64,000 nucleotides of DNA from an uncultured Rhodospirillales bacterium (GCA_903843125.1 CAIMOR010000248.1:220-64219); one strand, 5' to 3'; counted from the stretch's first letter, positions 39,655-49,488 are shown. The notes: generated from the letters alone by a model not told the origin. A program made the numbers and translations.

Positions 39655-41307
39655 CTACCGCAACCGCCACAGCTCCACGGTAGACCCGTCCTCACCGGGC
39701 AGCTGGGCGTATTGCTCGTAGTCCTGTTCCAGCACCTGCGTGACCATGGCCTGTGCGGCCGGCGCCACCTGGCCCCAGCGCCCGCTGTCCAGCACCAGGA
39801 AGCGCGGCCGTGTCGCCAGGATCCGCGCCAGTTCGGCCTCGGGGTCTATCCCGGTGACGCGGGCGAAATGCCCGGTCAACTGGGTCGGCAGAACGTAGCG
39901 GGTCGGCGCCACCGTGTTGGTCAGGAAGTAGAGCAGCGGCTGCCAGTTCACCACGAAGATGGTCTCGCCCGGCCGCAGCCCGGCATTCAGCGCGGCCGCC
40001 ACCCGCTGCGGCGGGTCCTGCACCTTCAGGCCAATGCCATGTTCCAGCCGCGGCAGCAGTACCATCGACCAGGCCTGCAGCGTGGTTACCGCCAGCAACC
40101 CAGCGAAGCCGGCCAGCATCAGGCCGGGCCGGGCCAGCCGCGCCAGCCGCCGCGCGCCCAACGCCGCCAGCAGCGAAACCGGCGCCAGCAGCAGCAGGAA
40201 GTAATGCGGAAAGTACATGCCCGGCAGCGCAACGGCCAGGCTGGCGGCGCAGAGCCAGGCCAGGGCGGCGCGGGCCAGGCACAGTTCCGCCTGGCGCATC
40301 GGCCGGCAGGCTGACCGGTTCGGCAGCAGCACCCCGCAGGCGAGCAGCACCGGCAGCAGCAGCGTGGCCCCGGCCGCCACGCTCAGCCGCATCGCCTGCG
40401 CCAGCGGCACCCCCATGCCAAGGTAGCGCAACGGCGCCAGCACGTTGCCGTCCAAGAAGGCAGCCCAGTCGCCGCGCAGCGCATAAACCAGCGCCACCAG
40501 CCCCAACGGGGCGCCGCAGGCCAACGCGTAGGCCAGCGCCAGCCCGGCCACTCGTCGCCAGCGCAGCGCATGCACCCACAGCGCCGGCACCACCAGCAGC
40601 AGGAACACCAGGCAGCCCAGCGGCAGCACCACCGTCTTGACCAGCAGCGCCAAGCCAACCAGCAACCCCGCCAGCAACACACGGCCCAGCCCCGGTGCCT
40701 CGCCCAGCCGCAATGCCCGCCGCATGGCCCGCAGCCCCAGCGCCACGCCGGCGGCCACGAAGGGCGCCAGCAGGATCTCGGCATTGGTCGCCAGTCCATC
40801 CAGCAGCGCGGAGCAGGCGACATAGGCCAGCCCCGCCGCCAGGCCGGTTGCCCGCCCGACACCGCTGGCCCGAACCGCGCAGTTCAGCGCGAAGCCGGTG
40901 CCGGCCACCGCCAGCACGCCAAGCAACCGCAGGCTGGCCAGGTTCTCGCCGAACACCGTGAAGGCCGCCATGAACAGTGCCGGCGCCCCCACGGGGTGCA
41001 TGTCCCACACCGCCACGTAGGGCCAGCCGCCGCGCAACCAGGCCTGCGCCTGAACGGCGTAGAGGCTCTCGTCCGGGTTGATGACCGACGGCAGGAAGGC
41101 GCTGGCCCGCAGCACCAGGGCCGCAACCATCAGCACCAGGAACACCAACAAGCCACGGCGCGCCTCGGCAGTGCCGGGCCGGCCGAACACCTGTGCCAGT
41201 GCGGGCCAGGGGTGCGCCGCGGGCACATGGCGAAGCCCGGCCTGTTCCAGCCGAACCTGCGTGCGTTGACCCGGCTGAGGCGCGGATGCCGTGTATGGTT
41301 CCGCCAT
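39655..41307 (-). CDS. polytopic glycosyltransferase, GT39/ArnT-like
   Basis: More than 10 hydrophobic helices. The first periplasmic loop carries INPDESLYAVQAQAW (the DE motif of PMT/ArnT-type enzymes). Start uncertain (41307 or 41412). Confidence 0.55.
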   Translation of the reverse strand: MAEPYTASAPQPGQRTQVRLEQAGLRHVPAAHPWPALAQVFGRPGTAEARRGLLVFLVLMVAALVLRASAFLPSVINPDESLYAVQAQAWLRGGWPYVAVWDMHPVGAPALFMAAFTVFGENLASLRLLGVLAVAGTGFALNCAVRASGVGRATGLAAGLAYVACSALLDGLATNAEILLAPFVAAGVALGLRAMRRALRLGEAPGLGRVLLAGLLVGLALLVKTVVLPLGCLVFLLLVVPALWVHALRWRRVAGLALAYALACGAPLGLVALVYALRGDWAAFLDGNVLAPLRYLGMGVPLAQAMRLSVAAGATLLLPVLLACGVLLPNRSACRPMRQAELCLARAALAWLCAASLAVALPGMYFPHYFLLLLAPVSLLAALGARRLARLARPGLMLAGFAGLLAVTTLQAWSMVLLPRLEHGIGLKVQDPPQRVAAALNAGLRPGETIFVVNWQPLLYFLTNTVAPTRYVLPTQLTGHFARVTGIDPEAELARILATRPRFLVLDSGRWGQVAPAAQAMVTQVLEQDYEQYAQLPGEDGSTVELWRLR

Positions 41308-41564
41308 TTGCACACTGAATGGAACATACGATGGCGCTTGTCGGCTCACGACGTCGCGCGTCGCGTTGCCGTTACCGCATGGATCGGCGCCATTGCCGGC
41401 ACGGTATGGCACCGCAACGCCGCTGTGCCGCGCGGCGAGGTTGCCGCCCTCGGCGGTGCCCCGCGCCGCAAACCGGCGGTTCGGCTTAGGGCCGGGTTAA
41501 GTCCGGCCGGGGCAGGGTGCAACCGAAGGGGCCCAGAACGGGCGCCGAATGGTGGCACGAGGCA

Positions 41565-42779
41565 ATGGCGGGCAAAGGCAAGCGCGACGGCGTGACCGTC
41601 GTCATCAAGAAGGAGGAGGTGGTCGAGGGCGGCCACCATGGCGGCGCCTGGAAGGTCGCCTACGCCGATTTCGTCACGGCGATGATGGCGTTCTTCCTGC
41701 TGATGTGGCTGCTGAATGCCACCACGGAGCAACAGCGCCGCGGCCTGGCGGACTATTTCGCGCCGTCCAACGTGCTCGGCCGCAGCCAGACCGGCACCGG
41801 CCAGCCCTTCGGCGGGCGCACCGTGAACTCGGCCGGCGACATGGCCAGCGACAGCGGCGCGCTGCGGGTGGAACGCGGCCCCGCCCCGGTGCGGGTGGAC
41901 GTGGACGAGGAGGAGGCCGAAGGCCCGGTTGAGCCGGTACCGCGGCTGCCCACCACCGAGGAACGCCCCCCGAGTTCCATCGGCCTGACCGATGGCCAGC
42001 CCCGGCCACCCTCCGGCGCTGCGCCACTGACCGCGGAGCAGGCGCTGACCGGCTCGGCCGCCGGGCGCCTCGGCCAGACCGGCACCGCGTTGGGCGGCCC
42101 CGCCCAGGCCGGGGAACTGCAGTCCGGCCAGCTCCGCGCCGGGGACCAGCGCAGCGGCGAGGCGCGGGCCGGCGACCAGAGCCGCGGCGAGCAGCGCAGC
42201 GGCGACCTGCAGGCGATGATGCAGGGCGACCCTCAGGCGGTCGAGGCCGCCCGCCTGGCCGATGCCGCGCTGCGCGCCGAGTTGGGCCGCCGCGAACGCG
42301 CCGCCTTCGAGCAGGCCGCCGAGGAGCTGCGCGCCGCGGTGCAGAACGACCCGGCCCTGGCCGACCTCGCCCGGCAGCTCCGCATCGAGCAGGTGCCGGA
42401 AGGGCTGCGCATCCAGATCATGGATGCCGATCGCCAGGCGATGTTCCCGCTGTCCTCCGCCGTGCCGAACGACCGCGCCCGGGCGCTGATCCTGAAGGTG
42501 GCGCAGGTCACGGCCCGGCTGCCCAATGGCCTGGCCATCGCCGGCCATACGGACAGTTCGCCCTTCCGCGGCGAGGGCCGCAGCAATTGGGATCTCTCGG
42601 CCGACCGGGCCAATGCGGTGCGCCGGCTGCTGGTGGAGAACGGCGTGAACCCGAACCGGCTGCGCAGCGTCTCCGGCTACGCCGAACGCGAGCCGCTGCT
42701 GCCGGCCGACCCCGGCAACGCCGGCAACCGCCGCGTCGCCATCACCCTGCTGCGCATGGCGCCCGAGGGCCAGCCGTGA
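41565..42779 (+). CDS. motB: flagellar stator protein MotB
   Basis: GHHGGAWKVAYADFVTAMMAFFLLMWLL plug/TM region and a C-terminal OmpA-like domain (IAGHTDSSPF, NWDLSADRANAVRRLL, NRRVAI). It has a long low-complexity linker. Confidence 0.85.
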   Translation: MAGKGKRDGVTVVIKKEEVVEGGHHGGAWKVAYADFVTAMMAFFLLMWLLNATTEQQRRGLADYFAPSNVLGRSQTGTGQPFGGRTVNSAGDMASDSGALRVERGPAPVRVDVDEEEAEGPVEPVPRLPTTEERPPSSIGLTDGQPRPPSGAAPLTAEQALTGSAAGRLGQTGTALGGPAQAGELQSGQLRAGDQRSGEARAGDQSRGEQRSGDLQAMMQGDPQAVEAARLADAALRAELGRRERAAFEQAAEELRAAVQNDPALADLARQLRIEQVPEGLRIQIMDADRQAMFPLSSAVPNDRARALILKVAQVTARLPNGLAIAGHTDSSPFRGEGRSNWDLSADRANAVRRLLVENGVNPNRLRSVSGYAEREPLLPADPGNAGNRRVAITLLRMAPEGQP

Positions 42780-43642
42780 CCACCATCGGCGGCCTGATCT
42801 TCCTGCTGGTCTGCGTGTTCGGCGGCTACATCCTGGCCGGCGGCAAGTTCGACATCATCATGCATTCGCTGCCGCACGAGATGCTCACCATCGGCGGCGC
42901 CGCCATCGGCAGCTTCGTCATGTCCAACAGCATCTCGGACATCAAGCATACGCTGGCCGGCTTCGGCAAACTCATCAAGGGCGCCCGCTACAGCAAGGTG
43001 GACTACCTGGAGATGCTGAGCCTGCTCTACTTCTTCGTCCGGCTGGCCCAGACCAAGGGCGCCATGGCGCTGGAGACCCACATCGAGAAGCCGGAGGAAA
43101 GCGCCGCCTTCACCAAGTTCCCGCGCATCTCCAAGGACCATCACGCGGTCCACCTGATCTGCGATTACCTGCGCATGGTCGGCATGAACGCCGACGACCC
43201 GCACCAGATCGAGGACGTGATGGGGCGCGAGCTGAAGAAGATCAAGGAGGAGGAGCTCCACCCCGCCCACGCCATCCAGTCCATCGCGGATGCCCTGCCC
43301 GCGCTCGGCATCGTGGCCGCCGTGCTCGGCGTCATCAAGACCATGGCCAGCATCGACCAGCCCCCGGCGATCCTGGGCGGCATGATCGGCGGCGCGCTGG
43401 TCGGCACCTTCCTCGGCATCCTGCTGGCCTACGGCATGATGGGCCCGATGGCCGCGCGGCTGAAGGGCGTGGTGGACGAGGAATGCCGCTACTTCGAGGT
43501 GATCCGCGCCGTGCTGGTGGCGCATCTGCACGGCAATGCGCCGCAGGTGGCGGTGGAAACCGGCCGCAAGATGGTGCCGAGCGGCCTGATGCCCAGCTTC
43601 CAGTCGCTGGAGGCCGCGCTGCAGGACCTGCAGATCGCCTGA
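42776..43642 (+). CDS. motA: flagellar stator protein MotA
   Basis: 288 aa, collinear with E. coli MotA as I recall it (ALPALGIVAAVLGVIKTM, GALVGTFLGILLAYG, APQVAVETGRK). The GTG start is embedded in the motB stop (GTGA). Confidence 0.85.
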   Translation: MTTIGGLIFLLVCVFGGYILAGGKFDIIMHSLPHEMLTIGGAAIGSFVMSNSISDIKHTLAGFGKLIKGARYSKVDYLEMLSLLYFFVRLAQTKGAMALETHIEKPEESAAFTKFPRISKDHHAVHLICDYLRMVGMNADDPHQIEDVMGRELKKIKEEELHPAHAIQSIADALPALGIVAAVLGVIKTMASIDQPPAILGGMIGGALVGTFLGILLAYGMMGPMAARLKGVVDEECRYFEVIRAVLVAHLHGNAPQVAVETGRKMVPSGLMPSFQSLEAALQDLQIA

Positions 43643-43648
43643 GCCGGG

Positions 43649-44518
43649 GTGCTGGCGCCGCGCCGCCGGCTTGGTTACGCTGCCGCCATGCTGCTTGCCG
43701 ACGACCTCCCCCTCGCCCGCATCCGCACCGCCTGGGTCACCTGGGGGCTGATGGCCGCCTGCGTGCTGGGCTACATCCTGCAGCAGGGTTCCGCCCCGCT
43801 GGAGGATGCGCTGGCGCTGTGGCCGAAGGACCTGCTGGCCGACCCGAAGGACCCGCACCAGCTGCTGCGGCTGCTGGGCTACATGTTCCTGCATGGCGGC
43901 TGGCTGCACCTGGGCGGCAACCTGCTGGTGCTGTTCGTCTTCGGCGACAATGTGGAAGATGCGCTGGGCCACCTGCGCTTCCTGCTGCTGTACCTGCTGG
44001 CCGGTGTGGCCGGCGGCGCGTTGCATGTGCTGCTGGGGCCGGATCCGGAGACGCCCCTGGTCGGCGCCAGCGGCGCCATCGCCGGCGTCATGGCGGCCTA
44101 CCTGCTGATGTACCCGCGCGCGAAGCTGTTCGTACTGGCTTTCGCCCGGCTGCCGGTGCTGCTGCCCGCCAGCTGGTTCGTCGCTGCCTGGTTCGGCGTG
44201 AACCTGCTGGAGGCGGCGCGCGGCGGCCATGGCGGCGACCACGATGTGGCCTGGTGGGCGCACATCGGTGGCTTCGTCACCGGCTTGGCCCTGGTGCTGC
44301 CGCTGCGCCAACCGGGGGTGGCGCTGTTCCAGCCCGCGCTGGCCTCGCCGTCGCCCCGGCTCGGCTGGCTGCGCCGCGTCAGCTTCGACTTCGCCCCCGA
44401 AGTGCGGCCCGGCCAGGAGCAAGAGGGACATGGCGAGGGGTTGATGGACGGCAGGCTGGCCGCGCTGGGCAAGGCGCTGCTGTTCGTGGTGCTGCTGTTC
44501 TTCTCGGCCTGGTTCTAG
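43649..44518 (+). CDS. rhomboid-family intramembrane serine protease
   Basis: MFLHGGWLHLGGNLLVLFVFG, GASGAIAGVMAAY (catalytic Ser), WWAHIGGFVTG (His). Start is 43649 (GTG) or 43688 (ATG). Confidence 0.85.
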   Translation: MLAPRRRLGYAAAMLLADDLPLARIRTAWVTWGLMAACVLGYILQQGSAPLEDALALWPKDLLADPKDPHQLLRLLGYMFLHGGWLHLGGNLLVLFVFGDNVEDALGHLRFLLLYLLAGVAGGALHVLLGPDPETPLVGASGAIAGVMAAYLLMYPRAKLFVLAFARLPVLLPASWFVAAWFGVNLLEAARGGHGGDHDVAWWAHIGGFVTGLALVLPLRQPGVALFQPALASPSPRLGWLRRVSFDFAPEVRPGQEQEGHGEGLMDGRLAALGKALLFVVLLFFSAWF

Positions 44519-44610
44519 CCAGCCCTGGAAAGCAAGACTAGCCTGCCGGCCATCGAGGGAACGGCCCAAGGCCAGCAGCCACGCGCGTCCCCTCCCCGCC
44601 GGCTACTTCC

Positions 44611-45417
44611 ATGGAGAGAACGACGATGCCCGATGGCGTGAACCTGGTCCCATCCGTCCGCAACAAGGTCAGCGCCGGGGAATGGCAGGCCCGCGTGGAC
44701 CTGGCGGCGGCCTATCGGCTGACCGACCTGTACGGCATGTCCGACCTGATCGCGAACCATATCAGCGTCCGCGTCCCCGGGGAGCCGGAAGCCTTCCTGA
44801 TCAACGCCTATGGCATGCTGTACGAGGAGATCACCGCCTCCTCGCTGGTCAAGATCGACCATGACGGCAATATCCTGATGAAGCCGGAATTCCCGGCCGG
44901 GCTGGACTACGGCATCAACCGCGCCGGCTTCGTCATCCATTCCGCCATCCACAAGGCGCGGCCGGACCTGCATTGCGTGGCGCACACCCACACCTGGCCG
45001 GGCATGGCGGTTTCCATGCTGGAATGCGGCCTGCTGCCGGCCACGCAGACCAGCATGCGCTTCGCCCATATCAGCTACCACGACTTCAACGGCGTGGTGC
45101 TGGACCTGTCCGAGCAGGAGCGCCTGGTGCGCGACCTGGGGCCGGTCAACAAGGCGATGATCCTGCGCAACCACGGCCTGCTGACCGCCGGCGCGACCAT
45201 CCAGGAAGCCTGGAACGACCTGCACCGGATGGAGCTGAGCTGCCTGACCCAGCTGGCCGCCATGGCCACCGGCGCCAAGCTGATCGACGTGCCGGCCGCC
45301 GTGGTGGAGAAGACCTTCATGGCCTACCAGCCCAAGACGCGCCGGCCCTTCGGCGTGATGGACTGGGCCGCGCTGCTGCGCAAGCTGGACCGGATCGACC
45401 CCAGCTACCGCGACTGA
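44611..45417 (+). CDS. class II aldolase/adducin-family protein
   Basis: ANHISVRVPGEPEAFLINAYG, IHSAIHKARPDLHCVAHTHT, ILRNHGLLTAG. Confidence 0.85.
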   Translation: MERTTMPDGVNLVPSVRNKVSAGEWQARVDLAAAYRLTDLYGMSDLIANHISVRVPGEPEAFLINAYGMLYEEITASSLVKIDHDGNILMKPEFPAGLDYGINRAGFVIHSAIHKARPDLHCVAHTHTWPGMAVSMLECGLLPATQTSMRFAHISYHDFNGVVLDLSEQERLVRDLGPVNKAMILRNHGLLTAGATIQEAWNDLHRMELSCLTQLAAMATGAKLIDVPAAVVEKTFMAYQPKTRRPFGVMDWAALLRKLDRIDPSYRD

Positions 45418-45418
45418 C

Positions 45419-46414
45419 GTGACCAAGGTTCTGATATCGGATGTGGGTGCGGCGCGCTTCGGCGCCCGCATCCGCGCGGTCTCGGCGGCGGTGGAGTTGG
45501 TGCCGGTGGCCGAGCATGGCCCGCTGCCGGACCCCGCCGGCGCGGAGGTCGCCTTCATCACCCGCGACCTGTTCGTCGGCGGCAGCCGCCACAAGCAGAA
45601 CCCGCGCTTCCTGCGCTTCATCGAGCACCTGAAGGACGCGCCCGCGCTGCGCTGGGTGCAGACCTTCTCGGCCGGCACCGACATGCAGGTGTACCAGGAC
45701 ATGCTGGCGCGCGGCCTTCAGTTGTCCAACAGCGCCGGCGCCAGCGCCCCCGCCGTGGCGCAGACCGCGGTGACCGGCCTGATGGCCCTGGCCCGGCAAT
45801 TCCCCAGGGTGGCGCAGCAGCAACGCGAGCATCGCTGGGAATCGCTCTACCTCGGCGAGGAACCGCGCGACGTGGACGGCCAGCACGCGCTGGTGCTGGG
45901 CACGGGGCCGATAGGGCAGGAGATCGGCCGGCTCTGCCAGGCCTTCGGGTTGCGCGTGACCGGCATGCGCCGGGACGCCGCCGCAGGGGTGCCGCCGGGC
46001 TTCGATGCCGTGGCCGGGTTCGACCAGCTTCACGCCCTGCTGCCCAGTGTGCAGTGGCTGGTGCTGGCCTGCCCGATGACCGAGACCACGCGCAACATCA
46101 TTGACGATCGCGCCTTCGCCCTGCTGCCGGAGAAGGCACACCTGGTGAACGTCTCGCGCGGCGGCATCGTGGTGGAGCCGGCGCTGCTGGCCGCGCTGCA
46201 GGGCGGCCGGCTGTCGGGCGCCTTCCTCGATGTGTTCAGCCTGGAACCGCTGGCGCCGGAGAGCCCGTTCTGGGACCTGCCGAACGTCATCGTCTCGCCG
46301 CACAGCGCGGCGGCCAGCGACGGCTTGCCGGAACGCGTGGCTGCCATTTTCTGCGTCAACCTGGCCCGCTTCATCGCCGGCGAGCCACCCAGGAACCTGG
46401 TAGCGCCGATATGA
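45419..46414 (+). CDS. D-2-hydroxyacid dehydrogenase family (NAD-binding)
   Basis: LVLGTGPIGQEIGR (GxGxxG), NVSRGGIVVE, LDVFSLEPL, VIVSPHSAA. Confidence 0.85.
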   Translation: MTKVLISDVGAARFGARIRAVSAAVELVPVAEHGPLPDPAGAEVAFITRDLFVGGSRHKQNPRFLRFIEHLKDAPALRWVQTFSAGTDMQVYQDMLARGLQLSNSAGASAPAVAQTAVTGLMALARQFPRVAQQQREHRWESLYLGEEPRDVDGQHALVLGTGPIGQEIGRLCQAFGLRVTGMRRDAAAGVPPGFDAVAGFDQLHALLPSVQWLVLACPMTETTRNIIDDRAFALLPEKAHLVNVSRGGIVVEPALLAALQGGRLSGAFLDVFSLEPLAPESPFWDLPNVIVSPHSAAASDGLPERVAAIFCVNLARFIAGEPPRNLVAPI

Positions 46415-47391
46415 CGCCGCGCCGCGCCCTGCTGACCTTGCCCCTGCTGGCCAGCAGGGCGCGTGGGCAAGGCGCTGGCGGTGCGGCCATCGATCCACAT
46501 TGGCCCGACAAACCCGTGCGTCTGGTCATTCCGTTCGGCGCCGGCGGGCCGATCGATGGCATAGGCCGGCTGCTTGCCGATCTGCTGCGCGAACGCCTGG
46601 GCCAGCCCTTCCTGATCGACAACCGGCCTGGCGCCGGCGGCTCGCTCGGTATTCGTGCCGTGGTGCAGGCGCCGCCGGATGGCAGCGCCTTCGTGCTGAC
46701 GTCGGCCTCGCTGGCCAGCATCCCCGCGCTCTACCCCAGCGCCGGGCTGGACCCGCGCCGCGCCATGACGCCCATCTCCCTGGTGGCGGATGTGCCAACA
46801 GCGCTTGTCGTCAACGCGGCGTCCGGGCTTGCCGATGTGCCGACGCTGCTGCGCGTCGCGCGGCAGCAGCCGGGGACGCTGACCTATGGCAGCGGCGGCG
46901 TCGGCTCCTCCAACCATCTCGCAGGCGCGCTGTTCGCGCATGTCGCGGGGCTTGATCTTACCCATGTCAGCTATCGCGGTGCCGCGGCGGCGATGACGGC
47001 GCTCTACGCCGGCGAGATCGACATGGTGTTCGCCAGTACGGTCGAGACCCTGCCGCATGTGCAGGCCGGCCGCGCCAGGCTGCTCGGCGTCACCAGCGCG
47101 GCCCGCGTGGCGGCGCTGCCGGAGGTGCCGGCGGTGGCCGAGTGGGTCCCGGGCTATGTTGCGCTGAACTGGTACGCCATCGCTGGGCCGCTCGGCCTGC
47201 CGGCGGAGACCGTCGCGCGCTTCAGCGCAACGCTGGCCAGCCTGCGCGGGCTGGACCAGGTCAGGCAGCGCTTCGCCGCTGCGGGAACCGAGCCGCTGCT
47301 CGCCGGCCCCGCCGCGCTGCGCCAGCGCCTGGACGAGGAAGTGCCGCAATGGCAGCGCGTGATCGCCGCCGCCGGCATCAAGGTGGAATAG
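46411..47391 (+). CDS. Bug-family (TctC-like) substrate-binding protein
   Basis: WPDKPVRLVIPFGAGGPIDGIGRLLADLL, LIDNRPGAGGSLG, PPDGSAFVL. ATGA overlap with the upstream dehydrogenase gene. Confidence 0.85.
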   Translation: MTPRRALLTLPLLASRARGQGAGGAAIDPHWPDKPVRLVIPFGAGGPIDGIGRLLADLLRERLGQPFLIDNRPGAGGSLGIRAVVQAPPDGSAFVLTSASLASIPALYPSAGLDPRRAMTPISLVADVPTALVVNAASGLADVPTLLRVARQQPGTLTYGSGGVGSSNHLAGALFAHVAGLDLTHVSYRGAAAAMTALYAGEIDMVFASTVETLPHVQAGRARLLGVTSAARVAALPEVPAVAEWVPGYVALNWYAIAGPLGLPAETVARFSATLASLRGLDQVRQRFAAAGTEPLLAGPAALRQRLDEEVPQWQRVIAAAGIKVE

Positions 47392-47406
47392 GGAAGGAAA
47401 CAACAC

Positions 47407-49086
47407 ATGAGCACGACCGTGGGGCGCCTGCTGGCCGAAAGCCTTGTGGCACATGGCGTCGACAAGATCTGGATGGTGCCGGGCGAGAGTTTCCTGGGCC
47501 TTACCGACGCGCTGACCGAAGTACCGGATGTGGAGCTGGTGGTCTGCCGCCATGAGGGTGGCGCCGGGTTCATGGCGGTGGCGGATGGCCGCATGCAGGG
47601 CGGCCGCGCCGGCGTGCTGCTGGTCTCGCGCGGGCCGGGCCTGTCCAACGCCATGGTGGCGATCCACACCGCGCATCACGACGCGACACCGCTGGTGGTG
47701 CTGTGCGGCCAGGTGGAGCGCAAGGACTTCGGCCGCCTGGCGCTGCAGGAACAGAACTACAGCAAGTTCCTCAGCGACGTGACCAAGGACGTCATCGAGG
47801 TCAACGAGGTGGTGCAGGCCAGCGAGAGCATCGCCCGCGCCTTCCACCTGGCCGAAAGCGGTACGCCCGGCCCGGTCGCGGTGATCCTGCCCGAGGACAT
47901 CTTCGACGAGTTGACCGACGCCCCGCTGAGCCAGCCGCGCCCTCGCGTCTACGGCGGTGCGCGGCCAGAGGACCTGGACCGCCTCGCCGAGATGCTGGCC
48001 AAGGCCGAGCGGCCGCTGGTCTGGGTTGGCGGCGCGCTGGCCAATGCCAGCCTGGAAACGCTGGGTGAGCTGCGGCAACTCGCGGAGCAATGGGTGCTGC
48101 CGGTCAGCCCGACGCATCGCCGGCCCCAGCTGTTCGATGCCGGACATCCGAACTATGGCGGCTACATGGGCATCCGCGTGCCGAAGCAGCTGCTGGACCA
48201 GATGAAGCAGGCGGACCTGCTGGTCTCGCTCGGCGAGCGCATCACCGACAGCGTTTCGCAGTCCTACACCTTCCCCAGCGCCCCCGACCCGCAGTTGCCT
48301 GTGGTGCAGGTCTGGCCGAACCCCGACGAGATCGGCCGCGTCTTCAATGTCGCGCTCGGCCTTGCGGCCGAACCGGCCAGCGTGATCCGGTCGCTGCTGC
48401 GCCGTGGTGCGCCCGCGGGCGCGAGCAAGCGCTCGGCCTGGGTCGGCGGGCTGAACGCCATCCACCAGAAGCTGATGGCGCCGGAATGGGAAAGCACCTC
48501 GGATGGCGTGAACTTCGCCGCGGTCTGCGTCGAGATCGCCAAGCACCTGGCCCCGGATGCAGTGCTGACCTCGGATGCCGGCAATTTTTCTTCGTTCATC
48601 CACCGCTACATCCCGTTCAAGCCGGGGATGAACTTCCTGTCCTCGGTGGTCGGCGCCATGGGCTCCGGCGTGCCGATGGCCGTCGCGGCTTCCCTGCGCA
48701 ACCCCGGGCGGCAGGCCATCGGCTTCTGCGGTGACGGCGGCGCGCTGATGAGCGGCAATGAGATCGCCACCGCGATGCAGTATGGCGGCACGCCGATCAT
48801 CATCATCAGCGACAACAAGCGCTACGGCACCATCGGCATGCACCATGAGGTGCGCTACCCGAACCGGCCGTACGAAAAGGCGGTGCGGCTGACCAACCCG
48901 GACTTCGCCGCCTGGGGTCGCGTCTTCGGCTGCGAGGGCATCACCATCTCCTCCGAGGCCGAGGTCGAGGAAGGCATCGCCCGCGCCTTCGCCGTGAAGA
49001 CCCGGCCGGTGGTGGTGCATGTCCACACCAGCGCGATCCAGATGAGCGCGTGGCGGCGCAGCGGCGCGCCGCGGGTGCATGGGTAG
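47407..49086 (+). CDS. thiamine-diphosphate-dependent enzyme (acetolactate-synthase-like fold)
   Basis: VPGESFLGL, RHEGGAGFMAVADGR, SRGPGLSNA. ThDP motif GDGGALMSGNEIATAMQYGGTPIIIISDN. Confidence 0.85.
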   Translation: MSTTVGRLLAESLVAHGVDKIWMVPGESFLGLTDALTEVPDVELVVCRHEGGAGFMAVADGRMQGGRAGVLLVSRGPGLSNAMVAIHTAHHDATPLVVLCGQVERKDFGRLALQEQNYSKFLSDVTKDVIEVNEVVQASESIARAFHLAESGTPGPVAVILPEDIFDELTDAPLSQPRPRVYGGARPEDLDRLAEMLAKAERPLVWVGGALANASLETLGELRQLAEQWVLPVSPTHRRPQLFDAGHPNYGGYMGIRVPKQLLDQMKQADLLVSLGERITDSVSQSYTFPSAPDPQLPVVQVWPNPDEIGRVFNVALGLAAEPASVIRSLLRRGAPAGASKRSAWVGGLNAIHQKLMAPEWESTSDGVNFAAVCVEIAKHLAPDAVLTSDAGNFSSFIHRYIPFKPGMNFLSSVVGAMGSGVPMAVAASLRNPGRQAIGFCGDGGALMSGNEIATAMQYGGTPIIIISDNKRYGTIGMHHEVRYPNRPYEKAVRLTNPDFAAWGRVFGCEGITISSEAEVEEGIARAFAVKTRPVVVHVHTSAIQMSAWRRSGAPRVHG

Positions 49087-49092
49087 CGGGCG

Positions 49093-49488
49093 ATGGCGGA
49101 CCTTTCGGGCATCTGGCGTCTGGTGGAGGAACGGGCGACGGATGGCGCCGGCGCGCGCGTGGCGCCGCGCTTCGGCACCCAGGGCAAGGGCCTCGTGCAG
49201 ATCTGGGCGGAGACGCCGAACAACGGGCGGATGATGGCGGTGCTGGTGGACAACAAGGCCCGCCTGCCGCCGGGCACGCCGCGCGAATACAACAGCTACT
49301 GCGGCGCCTGGACCTTCGATGGCCATACGTTGGTCACCAGGGTGGACGCGGCGCTGCCGGCACTGCTGGGCACCGAGCAGGTGCGGCTGGTCCGGTGGGA
49401 GGGCGAGCGGCTGGTGCTCTCCCCGCCGCCGATGCAGCGCGGCGGCGCCAGCATTGCGCGGGAATTGGTGTGGGAACGCGTGGGATAG
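49093..49488 (+). CDS. lipocalin-like domain protein
   Basis: LSGIWRLVEERATDG ... YCGAWTFDGHTLVTRVD ... QVRLVRWEGERLVL. Confidence 0.65.
   Translation: MADLSGIWRLVEERATDGAGARVAPRFGTQGKGLVQIWAETPNNGRMMAVLVDNKARLPPGTPREYNSYCGAWTFDGHTLVTRVDAALPALLGTEQVRLVRWEGERLVLSPPPMQRGGASIARELVWERVG

Noticed and set aside
41565-43642. MotA/MotB pair considered as a Zorya-like (ZorAB) anti-phage module.
   Set aside because: MotA is of normal length (288 aa), lacks the long ZorA C-terminal tail, and is collinear with flagellar MotA. No ZorC/D/E-like genes follow; the downstream genes are a rhomboid protease and metabolic genes.
46030-49326. Very long ORFs in the track, for example 46030..49326 (-) 1098 aa, 52130..55633 (-) 1167 aa, 9119..11737 (+), 10542..12662 (+), 12275..14725 (+), 63..2240 (+) and 55673..57733 (-).
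   Set aside because: They run antisense or out of frame to genes with clear family signatures. Their translations are monotonous Arg/Gly/Ala/Pro/His-rich strings with no motifs. This is the expected lack of stop codons in off-frames of very GC-rich DNA.
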